Below, in pieces: positions 38,495-40,149 of a DNA stretch of 40,149 nt. How positions within the stretch are numbered: the stretch's first letter is position 1; every line of letters begins with the position of its first letter. The notes beneath the pieces are model-generated. The model did no database searches, had not been told where the DNA came from, and saw nothing but the letters and a program-made list of their open reading frames with translations. The DNA is from a virus (lineage: Duplodnaviria > Caudoviricetes): positions 1 through 40,149 of the IMG/VR virus record IMGVR_UViG_3300012942_000082; one strand, written 5' to 3'. Both the position numbers and the translations under genes were made by a program.

Positions 38495-38793
38495 ATAAGA
38501 CTTGTTTGGTCAGGCTTCTGTCTAAAGTTCTGAAACCTATCCATATTAGCTTGAGACGGCTTACGACCCGCACCATATGTATTCAATAGTAGAGTATCAA
38601 TGACTTCTAATATTTCTGATCGGTAACGTTTAACTAAAAGCAATGCATCAGGTTTGTTCTTCATACGCTTATAGTCTACGTAACTAGCAAGGAATGATTC
38701 TGGACTATCCATATCTGCATAACCAGACCCATTAAAACTATTAACAGATAGAATTAGGTACTCTAAATCAGTTGTTTTCGGTTGTTTTGCCAT
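38491..38793 (-). CDS. Hypothetical protein with long structured 5' region
   Basis: 100-aa ORF preceded by a hairpin-rich non-coding stretch. Confidence 0.6.
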   Translation of the reverse strand: MAKQPKTTDLEYLILSVNSFNGSGYADMDSPESFLASYVDYKRMKNKPDALLLVKRYRSEILEVIDTLLLNTYGAGRKPSQANMDRFQNFRQKPDQTSLI

Positions 38794-39024
38794 AAGTACC
38801 CTTACCCTTACTAGGCCTTCGGCCTTGAGAGTTTTACATGTTTGGAATCTCAGGGGGAGTTCGCCGCCTCGGCCTATCTCTTCTAATGGGGAAAGGATAA
38901 AGTCTGTAGAGTTTACTAACGTTTATCGTAGAGGAATTGTAAAGATAGATGGCTGTCAGGGTTCACTAGGGCAGTCCTTTTGTTAACGACAGTGGAACCC
39001 TCCAACTACGAATACTGCAAAGTA

Positions 39025-39128
39025 TTGACATCAGTTAATCACAAGTGTATAGTGAAAGTCAAGAGCAGCCAGCTCCCACAGAGAATACTGCAAAGCCCCA
39101 GCGTAAAACCTGGGGATTTCTCTTTTTA
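39025..39128 (+). ncRNA. Promoter and candidate small RNA 3 (~70 nt) with terminator
   Basis: TTGACA-17-TATAGT; CCCCAG-loop-CTGGGG-ATTTCTCTTTTT; repeats 39000-39022. Confidence 0.6.
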
Positions 39129-39249
39129 TATGATATCTTTCAGTAGTACGCATGAATGTCAGGCGTGAGTTGAACTACCTCCCACGGTAGCGCTTAAAAG
39201 TCTTTAGCAACTCCTTGCGTACGCTATAGCAATGTGGTTAGATAGAATC

Positions 39250-39701
39250 ATGGCATTTGTAGTTTATTCCACACCATACCATGGGCATCTAGCAGCCACT
39301 ATTCCACGTGAGACTGCACTAAAGCTTCGCCAGGCACAGAAGCATCCAGAAGAACTCAGTGAAGCTCAGAGAGCCTATATACGAAACGTGAAGCGAATCT
39401 ACATCCCCCAAACCATTAGTGATACGCCCCAAGTTGAATGGGATAAGCGATACCGATGATAACTCTTTTTCGTGGCAAGCTACCATATACCCAAGAAGAA
39501 CTTTCCGAATACATTGGTGATTTGGCTAACCTCACAAAGTTACGTGAGAAAGCGCAAGCAATGGCTGTGGTACACCAGAATGATAGCCGGCAGCAGAAGT
39601 TCCGGGAGCAGACTGATAGGTATGATGAGAACATTAAGACTGCCCAGTTAGCCCTGCAACATATGCTTGAGAAGAATGTGAAGTGGTTGAAAGGGAAGTG
39701 A
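39250..39701 (+). CDS. Two small coupled hypothetical genes (39250-39459, 39456-39701)
   Basis: ORF track; ATGA overlap. Confidence 0.55.
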
Positions 39702-39801
39702 AGGCAAGGGAAGTACTCGTGCGGAGCGCATGGCTCTATACTTTTATAATCTTAAGTGGTATAACTTGGTACATAACATGGATAAGAAAGAATAAACCGT
39801 A

Positions 39802-40149
39802 ATGGCAAATGCTGTTGGTAGACCTTTGAAGTTTAAGTCTCCTGAAGAGTTAGAAACAAAAATAGAAGAATATTTTAATTCAATTATGGGCAATGATATT
39901 GCTACCATTACTGGTCTTGCGGTGTACCTTGACACAAGTAGGCGTACATTGCTTGATTATAAAGAAAAAGATGAATATTCTCACTCGATAAAAAAAGCCT
40001 TAGCACGTTGTGAGGCACAAATAGAGAAACGAGCAATGTTAGGTGGCCTGAATGCTACTATGTCCATCTTTACGTTGAAGAACAATTATGGATGGGTTGA
40101 CAAGACCGAGCAAGACATCACAACTGCAGGTGAAAAGATTGAAAGCAAA
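39802..40149 (+). CDS. terS: Terminase small subunit, P22 gp3-like (3' partial; not in ORF track)
   Basis: MANAVGRPLKFKSPEEL..IEEYF..TITGLAVYLDTSR.TL.DY..IF.LKNNYGW.DK; extended -10 TGGTATAAC upstream. Confidence 0.9.
   Translation, partial: MANAVGRPLKFKSPEELETKIEEYFNSIMGNDIATITGLAVYLDTSRRTLLDYKEKDEYSHSIKKALARCEAQIEKRAMLGGLNATMSIFTLKNNYGWVDKTEQDITTAGEKIESK

Noticed and set aside
1-40149. CRISPR array
   Set aside because: No regularly spaced direct repeats seen; the repeats found are dispersed
1-40149. Stop-codon reassignment
   Set aside because: Long genes are intact in the standard code, and TAA, TAG and TGA all end well-bounded genes

Overview
Almost certainly a near-complete, roughly 41-kb tailed phage genome with podovirus-like architecture. 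The window starts inside the large terminase and ends inside the small terminase. A + strand virion module (1-20.8 kb) carries terL, portal, scaffold, major capsid, several Ser/Thr/Gly-rich fibre proteins, putative ejection proteins and head-tail adaptor/nozzle proteins, with no tape measure. It is followed by an accessory island with an IS1595-family DDE transposase, a phage groES-groEL pair, a CHAP endolysin with a holin candidate, a long - strand cluster of small early genes (VRR-NUC nuclease, HAD-like protein) and a divergent-promoter repressor switch. No integrase, polymerase, primase or helicase is recognisable. The host may be Patescibacteria/CPR, but this is a weak inference. The most striking signal is non-coding. 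Four sigma70-type promoters are each followed immediately by a related (AA)GCCC..GGGC-U-tract terminator; three precede late genes and one is gene-less. A structured leader RNA at 23.35-23.47 kb is complementary to their 5' arms, best to the gene-less copy, where 4 of 5 substitutions keep G-U pairing. A second small RNA can pair with the same leader. There is also an attenuator-like leader before groES, a separate sRNA/leader repeat pair at 39 kb, and an ~850-nt highly structured RNA region at 36.3-37.1 kb. Together these suggest an RNA-based (antisense/antitermination) developmental circuit. All pairings were read by eye; nothing was computed or searched.
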